From Octopus sinensis (Eukaryota): a stretch of DNA of 64,000 bases. The stretch's first letter is position 1. Every line of letters starts with the position of its first letter. Below the pieces are notes generated by a model. It searched no databases. It was not told the origin of the DNA and saw only the letters and a program-made list of their open reading frames with translations. The translations under genes were made by a program, and so were the position numbers. Positions 38,653 through 52,373 of this stretch are shown here, one piece after another. The DNA lies in assembly GCF_006345805.1 (NCBI RefSeq), contig NC_043010.1, forward strand, positions 12,214,001-12,278,000, written 5' to 3'.

Positions 38653-39347
38653 ATATATACACACACACACATATATATGTATATGCATATCTATCTCTCT
38701 ATCTGTGTATATATATATATACACACACAATAATTTTTTCAGGAAACCATTGATTTTTCATTTTTTTCTAATTAGATATATTTTCTCTGTTTTACAGGTA
38801 TCTATATGAATGCAACTGTGTGCTTGGATTAATTATAACTTTAATTCTGTAAAACAAAACAATAGAAACCATTGGGGAAAATATGTATCAATGAATTTAC
38901 ATACCAGTGTCTCTGCATTCATGCTATCAATTCTCAGAGTCCATTTGAGAAAATTTTCAATTTTTCTGGTATTAATCATATAGAAAATAACTATTTTATA
39001 ATATAGCCAAAACAGTATCCCAAAGGTATGGCTTCTTCTTTAGAGCAAAGAAATATGTGATAGAAAATTGGAAAATCATTAACATAGTGAAAAATTTGAA
39101 ATGGTATTGTATTGTTTATTCAAAAAGAGCATAACTCACAGATTTGAGAACACTTTATATTTTTCAAATGTCTTAATATTTGCCCAAGATATACCATTTT
39201 TCTTGGATAAGCAGATGCGTTTCAGATAAGTCCATTTTAACCCTTTCGCTACAGTATTTCTGTTTAGATGTTTTGAAGGACCCATACACACACATAACGA
39301 ATAATAAATTATATAATATATATATTATATATATACATATATGCTTC

Positions 39348-39378
<31 letters not shown>

Positions 39379-40411
39379 TATATTATATTATATTATATTA
39401 TATATATTATATTATATATATTATATTATATTATATTATATTGTATCATATTATATTACACAACAGATAAAGGGGTAAGGACTCCCTTCAGTCATGAATG
39501 ACCATGGGATTGCACCTTGTAAGTTCCCCTCTCCACAACACTGATGTTGTCCAACTCAAAGGCAAACTCTGATCCAGTTTGGCACCAGTGACATCACAAC
39601 TCATTTCTACAGCTAAATGAACTGGAACAATGGGAAATAAAGTGCCTACATACATGTGTGTGTGTGTGTGAGAATGTGTGTGTGTGTATGTGTGAGTGTG
39701 TGTGTTTGACTGATGTATAGCAGTAAAAGATATAAGTATTGACTAAAAAAAAAGTAGTAAAAAGAAATTACTACTTTGTGAAAGAAGTCCCTCGAGATAT
39801 TTGCCATGCATCATTTTACAGATACTTCCAGGTTACTCTTACTGTGAAGAATGCTGTGAATCAGAGATTGACCTGTTGGAAGCCTGTAATTAAGGAGGCT
39901 CTTTTACGTTAATTATAATAATAAAATATAAAATAAATAATCATAAAATAATTCCTATCGCAACTCAAACAATCTGGTTGATTGAATCTTCCAAACATTC
40001 CAGCTGTTATGATGCCATTTACCGTTTACTTTTCTGACTTTTTGTCTTTTATTCTGTGACCTGTGCATGCACTTTTGGTTTTCATTGTTACCGTTTTCTA
40101 TTTGACTTATTGCTGCTTTCTGTTTCCATGTTTTATTCTATTCTGTTGAATTGTAGCACGCTTGTTACTATGTACCACATGTTCATTGTTGTGGTTGTTG
40201 TTGTTGTTATCAAGGCAGGGAGTTGGCAGAATTATTACTGCACCAGACAAAATGCTTAGCAGCATTTGTCTGTCCTTATGGTCAGAGTTCAAATTCCACC
40301 GAGGTTGACTTTGCTTATCATAAACTAAGTACCAGTTGTGTACTAGGGTTAATGCTATCAACTAGCCTCGCCTCTCCCAAAATTTCATGCCTTGTGACCA
40401 TAGTAGAAAGG

Positions 40412-40453
<42 letters not shown>

Positions 40454-40789
40454 ATTATTATTATTATTATTATTATTAATATTATTATTATTGAGTGAGA
40501 GAGTAGTGCATGCCATCAAAGTGACACTGTGGTACAAATATATGAAGCCCAATGTACCCATCATGACTATCCAACTGATAAGGGTACACCAGGCACATAC
40601 ATTACAACCACATGAGCACAACATGATGATTTCATATCAAGATAAATAGCACATGACCTTGCAGGTGGGGCCTAGTTAGAATTTTCGTCAGGTCAAGTAG
40701 CCCATCCCACTCAAAAGGTCACTGGATAAGGGATGTGTAAGGATGTTAACAAACCACCTATGTTTATTATTATCATCATCATCATCACC

Positions 40790-41095
40790 ATCATCATCAT
40801 TGTTTAATGTCCGTTTTCCATGGAGGCATGGGTTGGACGGTTCGACTTGGGTCTGGGAAGCCAGAAGGCTGCACCAGGCTCCAGTCTGATCTGGCAGTGT
40901 TTCTACAGCTGGATGCCCTTCCTAACGCCAACCACTCCGTGAGTGTAGTGGGTGCTATTTACGTGCCAGGCGGGGCTGGCAGTGGCCATGATCGGTTGGT
41001 GCTTTTTACGTGCCACCAGCACAGAAGCCAGTCAAGGTGGCACTAACATCGGCCACTTTCGAATGGTGCTTTTTACATGCTACCGGCACTGGGAA
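40790..41095 (-). mobile_element. SINE-like family C
   Basis: (cat)n tail on plus, core and 5' units. Confidence 0.85.
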
Positions 41096-41128
41096 TAATA
41101 ATAATAATAATTATTATTATTATTATTA

Positions 41129-41178
<50 letters not shown>

Positions 41179-41184
41179 GTATGT

Positions 41185-41490
41185 GAGGACACATGGCCTA
41201 GTGGTTAGGATGTTGCACTCGTGATCATGAGATCGTGGTTTCAATTCCTGGACTGGTTGGTGCATTGTGTTCTTGAGCAAAACATTTCATCTCACGTTGC
41301 TCTAACGATCACTTCAACACCTGACGTGTTGTACACCTGTGCACCTGTCCAGGCAATGTCGATTTGATGGAGAGAGTAAACTAATGTACTGCACATACAC
41401 TTGATCACTATAGACAAATCTTTTGCGAAGGTCATTTGGTAAAAGTTGAACACTCATACATCGGCTTAGACAGGAGAGTCCATTATTAAA
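41185..41490 (+). mobile_element. tRNA-derived SINE (family E-like)
   Basis: ggacacatggcctagtggttagg (A box)...ggtttcaattcctgg (B box)...gtgttcttgagcaaaacatttcatctc. Confidence 0.65.
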
Positions 41491-42477
41491 TACATATAGT
41501 TATGTTATAAAAGACAGACACGTTAGTTATTTGACAATAACTGTGTGCTGACAAACAGGTAACACATCATACAGCAGAGAACTTATTTCATACAGGCTTT
41601 GTTAATGGATTGGCATAAGTTGAGTAGAGGGAGATCATAATGTGGTGGAGTGTGGTTTCAATGCAAAGTGAGGAGTATATATATATATATATATATATAT
41701 ATGAGTGTATTTTTACCTTGTTAACAATTAACATGGAAAAAAATAAATAAATAGTTACCAGGGTAGCAAAAATCTCACAAGTAAAGATGTTGTAACTCCT
41801 TGTTTATAAAGGTAGAAACTTCGTGTTTATGTTGAATATTTTGAATAAAATATGAATGAATAAATTTATTTATTCATATATATATATTTCAGGCTGTTTT
41901 CAGTTTCCTTCTGCTAAATCCACTCCTATCTTTTGTTGGCCAGACCTTTAGTAGAATACACTTGCTCAAAGAACCACACAGCGGAACTGTACTCAAAACC
42001 ATCTGATCAGGAACCAAACTTCTGAACTACACAGCTTTGCTTATGAATTTGTGCAACTTTCTTCATGAAATTGATCTGGCAAGTTTGTCTTTACATATGA
42101 TCGATGTTATTGATTTGTTATATTTAATTAAGCACAGAGGCCAAGTCGTTGAGGCAAAAGAAATTAGCAGTTATGACATTCATTCATTCATTCACAAAAT
42201 AATTAACAGTCTTAGTAAAGTGAAATATTTTCAATAAAGACTTTAAAAAGTTTTCTGTGTGAGAATTTGCTGCCAAATCTCATTCAGACTGCTCCTTTTA
42301 TTGCTATTAATGATGGAGTTGGCTGCAAGCTGGCAGAATTGTTCGCATGTCAGATGAAATGGTTAGTGGCATTTCTTCTGACTCTTAACATTCTGAGTTC
42401 AAATTCTACCAATGTTAGCTTTGCCTTTTATCCTTTGCAGAGTCATTAAGATATAGTACCAGTTAAGTAATGGGGTG

Positions 42478-43512
42478 GTGGAGGCACATGGCCTAGTAGT
42501 TAGAGCAGCGGACTGTGGAGGCACATAGCCTAGTGGTTTGAGCAGCGGACTGTGGAGGCACATGGCCTAGTGGTTTGAGCAGTGGACTGTGGAGGCACAT
42601 GGCCTAGTGGTTTGAGCAGTGGACTGTGGAGGCACATGGCCTAGTGGTTTGAGCAGTGGACTGTGGAGGCACATGGCCTAGTGGTTTGAGCAGCGGACTG
42701 TGGAGGCACATGGCCTAGTGGTTTGAGCAGTGGACTGTGGAGGCACATGGCCTAGTGGTTTGAGCAGCGGACTGTGGAGGCACATGGCCTAGTGGTTTGA
42801 GCAGTGGACTGTGGAGGCACATGGCCTAGTGGTTTGAGCAGCGGACTGTGGAGGCACATGGCCTAGTGGTTTGAGCAGCGGACTGTGGAGGCACATGGCC
42901 TAGTGTTTGAGCAGTGGACTGTGGAGGCACATGGCCTAGTGGTTTGAGCAGCGGACTGTGGAGGCACATGGCCTAGTGGTTTGAGCAGCGGACTGTGGAG
43001 GCACATGGCCTAGTGGTTTGAGCAGTGGACTGTGGAGGCACATGGCCTAGTGGTTTGAGCAGCGGACTGTGGAGGCACATGGCCTAGTGGTTTGAGCAGT
43101 GGACTGTGGAGGCACATGGCCTAGTGGTTTGAGCAGTGGACTGTGGAGGCACATGGCCTAGTGGTTTGAGCAGTGGACTGTGGAGGCACATGGCCTAGTG
43201 GTTTGAGCAGTGGACTGTGGAGGCACATGGCCTAGTGGTTTGAGCAGTGGAATGTGGAGGCACATGGCCTAGTGGTTTGAGCAGTGGACTGTGGAGGCAC
43301 ATGGCCTAGTGGTTTGAGCAGTGGACTGTGGAGGCACATGGCCTAGTGGTTTGAGCAGTGGACTGTGGAGGCACATAGCCTAGTGGTTTGAGCAGCGGAC
43401 TGTGGAGGCACGTGGCCTAGTGGTTTGAGCAGTGGACTGTGGAGGCACATGGCCTAGTGGTTTGAGCAGTGGAATGTGGAGGCACATGGCCTAGTGATTA
43501 GAGCAGTGGACT
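42478..43512 (+). repeat. 37-bp minisatellite: 28 tandem copies of the 5' (A-box) half of a family D SINE head
   Basis: Unit gtggaggcacatggcctagtggtttgagcagyggact. Starts at 42478, last start at 43476 (27 periods with one 1-bp deletion). Confidence 0.95.
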
Positions 43513-43760
43513 CGCGGTCGAGGGAGCATGGGTTCGAATCTCAGACCGGGCAATGTGTGTGTTTATGAGCGAAACACCTAAGCTCCATGCAGTTCTAGCA
43601 GAAGGTAATGGTGAACTTCTGCTGACTCTTTCTCCACAACTTTCTCTCACTCTTTCCTCCTGCATCTTGCAGCTCACCTGTGACGGACCTATACACCAAG
43701 GAAACTGGGAAACCGGCCCTTATGAGACAGGCATGGCTTCAGAAGGAACAAACAAAAAAA
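43476..43760 (+). mobile_element. SINE family D, tail variant 2, continuing from the last array unit
   Basis: B box gggttcgaatctcag and core actttctctcactctttcc. Array plus SINE are flanked by the 10-bp direct repeat aagtaatggg (42465-42474, 43759-43768) inside a family B copy. Confidence 0.85.
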
Positions 43761-44369
43761 GTAATGGGATAAATGTAATTGACACACCTCTCCCTTCAGA
43801 ATTGCTGGCTTTGTGACAAAATTAAAATTATTTATGACATAGTTTGGAGGAATCAACCTTTGCCATCAACTTTGCAAGTCTTGTGAAACTGATGCGTCTG
43901 ATGTCCTTGAACATTTGCTTAATTGACATCTTTAAGAAAAACATGAACAAGACAGAAATTCCAGAGAATGGCATTCTGACGATGAAGGACTGGGTGCTAT
44001 GGTTAGAGCAGATCCTGGGCCAAAGAAGTTGGGGACATAATACAGGGGATGAAAAGAGGAAGACAAGTGAGTGAAATTAGGTGAGCTTTCATGAGGAATG
44101 GCTTATAACGGCCAGCTCGAATGAGCTCAAAAATTGCAGTTGGTATTTTTTCAGTATACTTCTCTTCCGAAATGATAGATCATATCCCACTGTTAGAAAT
44201 TGATAACAGTATCAATTGTAAAGGTAGATGGAGAGGAAAAAAATGATAGAATGTTTGAATTAAAGCAGCAGAACATTTAGTTGAATTCAAATCTCTTTAA
44301 AATCTGTCTTGCATTTAATCCCTTAGGGAAAAGAGAAAGAGAGTCAAAATAATATTTGTTTCTTTACTA

Positions 44370-44550
44370 CCTACAAGGGGCTAAACACAGAGGGGACAAA
44401 CAAGGACTGACAAATGGATTAAGTCGATTACATCGACTCCAGTGCGTATCTGGTACCTAATTTATTGACCCCGAAAGGATGAAAGGCAAAGTCAACCTCA
44501 GTGAAATTTGAACTAAGAACATAATGGCAGACGAAATACGGCTACGCATT
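44370..44550 (-). mobile_element. SINE family B
   Basis: Reverse complement of the family B body. Confidence 0.85.
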
Positions 44551-44754
44551 TAATATAAGCTGGACCTTAGTGGAAATGGCACAAAATCAGCGAGCTATGA
44601 GGAAACAGTAGCCACTTTAGTATAAGTAAGAAAGGTAGAGTGAGGAGACAGCATGTCTGTGAATTAGAGGTCAGAATGCAGTGATTAGTCGCTTCAAAAC
44701 AATTGACTAGATGTCTTTCAGAAGGATATAATTTTATTAAAAAAGTAAAAAATA

Positions 44755-45639
44755 CCGTAAATCCTCGAGTAAAATCTGTACTTTTTCCCCAAAATTTAAA
44801 GTTCAAAATCCCTAGTTCATATTATACACGAGGTTAAAAATGAAAATTATTTTCTAAGCAATGTTCAAGTCTCTATTTGCTGTCTGGCAATGTTTATTCA
44901 GATGCATTTTATGATGTCGGGTGTGAAAATACCTTAAGCTAAGCCTGAAAGCAATGAAGTCATAAAAGAATCACCCATAACTTGCAGTAAGCAACATTTA
45001 TTAAACGTTATTACTGTTATTTCTTTATTTTCTGCAAACAAAATGCTACACGTTTGCATTATGTTATATATTCTTTGGAAGCACTCCGTCGGTTACGACG
45101 ATGAGGGTTCCGGTTGATCCGAATCAACAGAACAGCCTGCTCATGAAATTAACGTGTAAGTGGCTGAGCACTCCACAGACACGTGCACCCTTAACGTAGT
45201 TCTCGGGGATATTCAGCATGACACAGAGAGTGACAAGGCCGGCCCCTTGAAATACAGGTACAACAGAAACAGGAAGTAAGAGTGAGAGTAAGTTGTGGTG
45301 AAAGAGTACAGCAGGGATCACCACCATCCCCTGCCGGAGCCTCGTGGAGCTTTTTTAGGTGTTTTCGCTCAATAAACACTCACAACGCCCAGTCTGGGAA
45401 TCGAAACCGTGATCCTATGACCGCGAGTCTGCTGCCCTAACCACTGGGCCATTGCGCCTCCACATGTTATATATACAATAATAATAAAGGACGTTACCGT
45501 ATACATTTTTACAAACCAAGGACGTTATATAGACCTCCTTGACTCAAGTTAGAGAAGATTTAGGTTTTTCAGAGGTACAGTTCCCTAAAGATCCCCTGCG
45601 TATTTTACTCAAGGGCGGACTATACTCAAGGATTTACGG
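44755..45639. mobile_element. pogo/Tigger-like (Tc1-mariner) non-autonomous element with a nested SINE
   Basis: TA|ccgtaaatcctcgagtaaaatc ... gactatactcaaggatttacgg|TA: terminal inverted repeats with a TA target duplication. Confidence 0.8.
45072..45463 (-). mobile_element. SINE family D, full length (392 bp), tail variant 3
   Basis: 11-bp TSD atgttatatat at 45061-45071 and 45464-45474, with intact A and B boxes. Confidence 0.92.
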
Positions 45640-45859
45640 TATATCTTGAAACTATATTCTTCAAGAGAAAATGGGATTAGTGTGAATGGAATTGTCAGTT
45701 AACAAGAGAAATCACACAAAACAATAAATAAATACCAAATAGGAAATATATTTAAAAGTAATGATCACATTTTCCTCTTACCAAGAGCCAATTTTATATT
45801 TATTAAAGGATTAGTAAATAAACTATTACAAGGCACTAGTTGCTATGATAGATCGTTAC

Positions 45860-46175
45860 CCACTACACACATTTTTTTCTCTCCTTGTTCTTTCTGTGTC
45901 CCTTTCTGTAGAAGAGCGTAGGCTCGAAACGTAAAAGACTTTTTACCTGTCTTCATCTTTTGTCTTTTTCGTAAACTATCCCTATAGATATATATATACA
46001 TTTTTTTCTCTCCTAGTTTCTCTCCTTGTTCTTTCTGTGTTCCTTTCTGTAGAAGAGCGTAGGCTCGAAATGTAAACGACTTTTTCTATTCCTGAGCATT
46101 ATACTAATACATCTGTTTGTTTTGTACACCACCTGTCTTCGTCTTTTGTTGTTTTTTTCGTAAACTCTCCCTATT
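45860..46175 (+). mobile_element. Tandem pair of hammerhead-like units (CUGUAGAA core)
   Basis: Motifs at 45902-45937 and 46043-46078, 141 nt apart and separated by a short (TA)n. The first unit has an internal deletion. Confidence 0.75.
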
Positions 46176-46559
46176 ACATTTGTAAGATAGTTGTAACAGT
46201 TGATTGGTGGACTTTCAGAATAGTAAACATGACCTCACAGAGAAGGAAAAGTGCTAAGAATTGGGTGATTGCTTAATAGCTTATTAACTGATGCTTTGAT
46301 AAATTGTAAATTGGTCATTGATAATAGAAAATTACTGTAATGACTCCTCAAAAAACTGTTTCAAAGAATATTGATCTCAAATTTTGGGAAAAGATCAGCA
46401 ATTTGGGGTGGGGGATAAATTGATTACATCAACTCCAGTATGCAATTAGTACTTATTTTATTGACCCCTAAACAATGAAAGGTAAAGTCAACCTTGGCCG
46501 AACGTGAACTTAGAACGTGATGAAAAACAAAATGCTGCAAAACATTTTTCCTGGTATAC

Positions 46560-46913
46560 TCTCTTTCACTTGTTTCAGTCATTTGACTGTGGCCATGCTG
46601 GAGAATCACCTTTAGTCAAGCAAATTGACTCCAGGATTTATTCTTTGTAAGCCTAGTACTTAGTCTATCGGTCTCTTTTGCCAACCGCTAAGTTACGGGG
46701 ACATAAACACACCACCATTGGTTGTCAAGTGATGTAGGGGGAGAAAAAACACAGACACACAAACATATACACACACATACATATATATATTGGTGTTAGG
46801 AAGGGCATCCAGCCGTAGAAACACTGCCAGATTTGACTGGGCCTGATGAAGCCTTCTGGCTTCACAACCCCAGTAACCCGTCCAACCCATGCTAGCATGG
46901 AAAACGACGCTAA

Positions 46914-46945
<32 letters not shown>

Positions 46946-47062
46946 ATATATATTATATACATATATATGACAGGCTTCTTTTAGTTTTCGTCTACCAATC
47001 CTTTCACAAGGCTTTGGTTAGCCTGACGCTATAGTAGAAGGCACTTGCCCAAGGTGCTAAAC
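46560..47062 (-). mobile_element. SINE family A with a family C fragment nested in its internal microsatellite
   Basis: C core and (gat)n tail at about 46790-46945, between the A modules. Confidence 0.8.
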
Positions 47063-49206
47063 ATTTCGCCTAGCATGCTAACAATTCTGCATGCTCACCA
47101 CCTTTGGTTGAAAGAATATCACAGCACAAAGTTCTCTTACGTATGAAAAGAAAATGCAAGGCGCCAAAATGTCACTGAAATCTAACAGAATCTCTACGGA
47201 ATCAATCTTTTCTTTTATTTTTCATTTACAATCAACTGTGGTCATACTAGAACACTATTCTTTTATTCTTTTATTCTTTAATTCGTTTCAGTCAGTTGAA
47301 TGTGGCCATGCTGGAGCACTGCCTTGAAGAGTTTTTAGTTGAATAAATCGAACCCAGGACTTATTTTTTTTAAGCCTAGTATTTATTCTATCAGTCTCTT
47401 TTGCCGAACCGCTATGTATCTGTGTTTCTGCATACACACACACACACACACACACACGTCTATCATGGCTGAACCTACAGTTAAGCAAAAGCAATATCAC
47501 GACAGCAACAACCAATATTATTAGCAATGGATTAGCATAAGCGATAGATAGATAAACAGTCTGGCTGGATTAAGATAATGGGTAAACTGGCACACAAAAA
47601 GTTACATGGTATTTAGTCACACTGCTTTACATTCTGAGTTCAAATCCCTTCAAATTCAACTTTTCCTTTGTCACTACTGTGTTGATAAAATTTATTTCAC
47701 TTTTTGTTTATAAATAGTACAATGAAATCGTAAAAAGATTTAGCTGCTATTATTAGCAGTTCGAGCAAAAGCCTCCTCAGTGTCTCATAAAAAATATTGG
47801 TAAAGAGCATATATGGATATCACATCAGATCAGTGTAAAATATGGCTTATGATGAGCTCTCTCCCTTTCACATCTTATCTGTTCATTTGTTCATGTGTGT
47901 ATGAATGCCAGAAGGGAGATGAACTAAAAATTAACAAATCCGACAAGAGATAAGAGGGGATATACGGTTCCTGAATTTTCATAATATTCTTTCGTACATG
48001 CTTGGTTTTATTTATGCTTGACTTATGTGTAGACAATACTTGCTTTTTAATAATAATTGCTCCACTATATATATATATATAATATATATATATATATATA
48101 CATATATATGACAGGCTTCTTTTAGTTTTCGTCTACCAAATCCTTTCACAAGGCTTTGGTTAGCCTGACGCTATAGTAGAAGGCACTTGCCCAAGGTGCT
48201 AAACATTTCGCCTAGCATGCTAACAATTCTGCATGCTCACCACCTTTGGTTGAAAGAATATCACAGCACAAAGTTCTCTTACGTATGAAAAGAAAATGCA
48301 AGGCGCCAAAATGTCACTGAAATCTAACAGAATCTCTACGGAATCAATCTTTTCTTTTATTTTTCATTTACAATCAACTGTGGTCATACTAGAACACTAT
48401 TCTTTTATTCTTTTATTCTTTAATTCGTTTCAGTCAGTTGAATGTGGCCATGCTGGAGCACTGCCTTGAAGAGTTTTTAGTTGAATAAATCGAACCCAGG
48501 ACTTATTTTTTTTAAGCCTAGTATTTATTCTATCAGTCTCTTTTGCCGAACCGCTATGTATCTGTGTTTCTGCATACACACACACACACACACACACAGT
48601 CTATCATGGCTGAACCTACAGTTAAGCAAAAGCAATATCACGACAGCAACAACCAATATTATTAGCAATGGATTAGCATAAGCGATAGATAGATAAACAG
48701 TCTGGCTGGATTAAGATAATGGGTAAACTGGCACACAAAAAGTTACATGGTATTTAGTCACACTGCTTTACATCTGAGTTCAAATCCTTCAAATTCAACT
48801 TTTCCTTTGTCACTACTGTGTGATAAAATTATTTCACTTTTTGTTTATAAATAGTACAATGAAATCGTAAAAAGATTTAGCTGCTATTATTAGCAGTTCG
48901 AGCAAAAGCCTCCTCAGTGTCTCATAAAAAATATTGGTAAAGAGCATATATGGATATCACATCAGATCAGTGTAAAATATGGCTTATGATGAGCTCTCTC
49001 CCTTTCACATCTTATCTGTTCATTTGTTCATGTGTGTATGAATGCCAGAAGGGAGATGAACTAAAAATTAACAAATCCGACAAGAGATAAGAGGGGATAT
49101 ACGGTTCCTGAATTTTCATAATATTCTTTCGTACATGCTTGGTTTTATTTATGCTTGACTTATGTGTAGACAATACTTGCTTTTTAATAATAATTGCTCC
49201 ACTATA
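46960..49206. repeat. 1141-bp-period tandem duplication (46960-48069 and 48101-49206)
   Basis: The two copies are near-identical. The differences I found are almost all 1-bp indels. Confidence 0.95.
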
Positions 49207-49208
49207 TA

Positions 49209-49266
<58 letters not shown>

Positions 49267-49267
49267 G

Positions 49268-49298
<31 letters not shown>

Positions 49299-49306
49299 GT
49301 ATATAT

Positions 49307-49337
<31 letters not shown>

Positions 49338-49462
49338 GTATATATATATACGTATGTATATATATATATATGTATATATATATGTATATATATATATAAT
49401 ATATATATATGCATACATAAAATATATTCATACTTACATACATATATATGTATGTATATGTG

Positions 49463-49524
<62 letters not shown>

Positions 49525-49719
49525 TATGCACACACACTCACACATGCATGCATATACATCAAAACGCACATACATCATAACTGCAAAACAGGAAAATTGT
49601 TTACCAACTACAAAAAGTACACAAGAAAATATGCGTGTGTCAATAAAGTGAAACATAGTTAAACATACTTAAGATCCATAAACACGCAGAGAGTAAGAAA
49701 GAGAGTAGAGAAAGTGGCA

Positions 49720-50060
49720 TGTATACACACACATACATACATACATGTATACATACATAACATACATACATACATGCATACAGTCATGCATGCATACATA
49801 CATACATACATGTATACATACATACATACATACATACATACAGTCATGCATGCATACATACATACATGCATGCATACATACATACATACATGTATACATA
49901 CATACATACATACATACATACATACATACAGTCATGCATGCATACATACATACATGCATGCATACATACATACATACATGTATACATACATACATACATA
50001 CATACATACATACAGTCATGCATGCATACATACATACATACATGTATATATACATATATA
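49720..50060. repeat. (TACA)n array with recurring cagtcatgcatg higher-order unit
   Basis: Direct inspection. Confidence 0.9.
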
Positions 50061-50122
50061 TATATATATATGATTTTGTGAACATATGTAGATATATATA
50101 TATATATATATATATACATGCA

Positions 50123-50156
<34 letters not shown>

Positions 50157-50396
50157 TGCTTGCATCTTTCTCTTTTTCTTGCTACCTTGTATGTGTGTGT
50201 ATGTGTGTGTGTATTCATACATACATAAAACATACACACACACATACCTATTTATAAATATATATATATGTATGTATGTATGTATATAATATCATCTTTC
50301 TCTTATCCTTACTATATGCACATTTATACATGTGTATACACTCACATACATCTACCTAGCTAGCAATGCCTGCCCTATCATACTACATATATATAT

Positions 50397-50453
<57 letters not shown>

Positions 50454-50533
50454 GTATATTATATATAGATATACATATATATATATATTATATATATTAT
50501 ATATAATATAATATATATATAATATATAATATA

Positions 50534-50577
<44 letters not shown>

Positions 50578-50604
50578 ATTTATAAGATATGTATAGGTAT
50601 ATAA

Positions 50605-50690
<86 letters not shown>

Positions 50691-50709
50691 TATATAATAA
50701 TATATATAT

Positions 50710-50740
<31 letters not shown>

Positions 50741-52054
50741 GTATAGTATATATATATGTTATATATATACATATATATATATACATATACGTTATACACA
50801 CACACACACACACCTTTATTTGCACTCATGCATTTGTGTGTCTGTGAAAAACAGCCTAAGTGAAAATACATATGTTTTAGTGTTCACATATGTATGCATG
50901 TTTGCACTTACCTTTGATCATGCGTACACACAAACGCACAAACACACACATACACACACATCCATACACACACACACTTACACTAACACATATATGCATG
51001 CACTCACATATTCAGAAAGATTAGAATACCACATGATAAAGCTTTTGACAAAATTAATCATCGAAAATATCCGCTATTGATTGAAGTTAAGATATGTGTA
51101 TAGCAGGAAAGCTGTATTTTCCGCAGGGGAAGCAGTCCAGCTGTGGCTGTCAACACAATTTTGTCAGATAAATCTCCAATATTAGGATGCAAGCTTCAAG
51201 GCACTCTTCTAAGATCACTCACTATAAATTTTTTTTTTTTTTTTTTTTGTTTTTTCCTTTTTTTTCCTGATTCCCATCACAGACTGGTTTACGGTTGAAA
51301 GTTGGTTCAATGATACTCGCTAATCAAATTGATGACACTCAAGTGTCACTGGCCTTGCAGAATTGCCAAAAATGTAGAAGAAGGAAAAAGCAGGAAGAAT
51401 ATATAGAAAAATAAATAAATAAATAATAAATAAAATAATAAAAACGAAATGAAATAAGAAGAAAATTTCCAACGTGATGTAGAAAATTTTTATTGGAAGG
51501 TAGACATGAATAACATGATTTTCCATTTGGAAAAATTCCAGGTTTCTATGACTATATTGGTCCAAAGCATCGAGCTAGTTCCAAACCTAAATGTAAGCTA
51601 CAGATAGAGGACGTGAAAAGCAATATTTCAGCAGTAGTAGATGTTCTTGTTTTGTCAATATATATGTGTTCACATCAATGTGGTGTCTAGGATGTGTGAT
51701 GTATGTTCGGTCTAAGTTTGTATCTGAAATATGACATCACTTTTAGTAAAAAAAAAAAAAAATGTAGTTTTCCTTTTTTTGTTTTAATTGTTTTTTTTTT
51801 GTGTCCCCCTTTATTGCATTTCCCTCCACCTTGAATTACGTTTTTTTTTGTTTTTTTTTGCAGTTTTGATAAATGAATTATGAATTATGAATTATGAATT
51901 ACGCACAAATTTGTTTACTGAAGAGACAGATATAAAAGATACTCTTGTAGTAGAAATATGTGAGTGACTGTATGTGTGTGTGTGTGTGTGTGTCCCTGTG
52001 TGTGTCTGCGTGTATATGCACACACATAAATATGCATAAACATATTTTGAGTTC

Positions 52055-52095
<41 letters not shown>

Positions 52096-52235
52096 TATAT
52101 ATATAATACATATATATATATATACATATATATATACATACATATATATACATATATATATATACACATATATATATACATATATATATGTATACATATA
52201 TATATATATATATACATATATACATACATACATAT

Positions 52236-52299
<64 letters not shown>

Positions 52300-52314
52300 C
52301 ATATATATACATAT

Positions 52315-52373
<59 letters not shown>

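Noticed and set aside
42478-43512. CRISPR-like regular array
   Set aside because: The units are contiguous with no unique spacers, derive from a SINE head, sit in eukaryotic context and have no cas genes.
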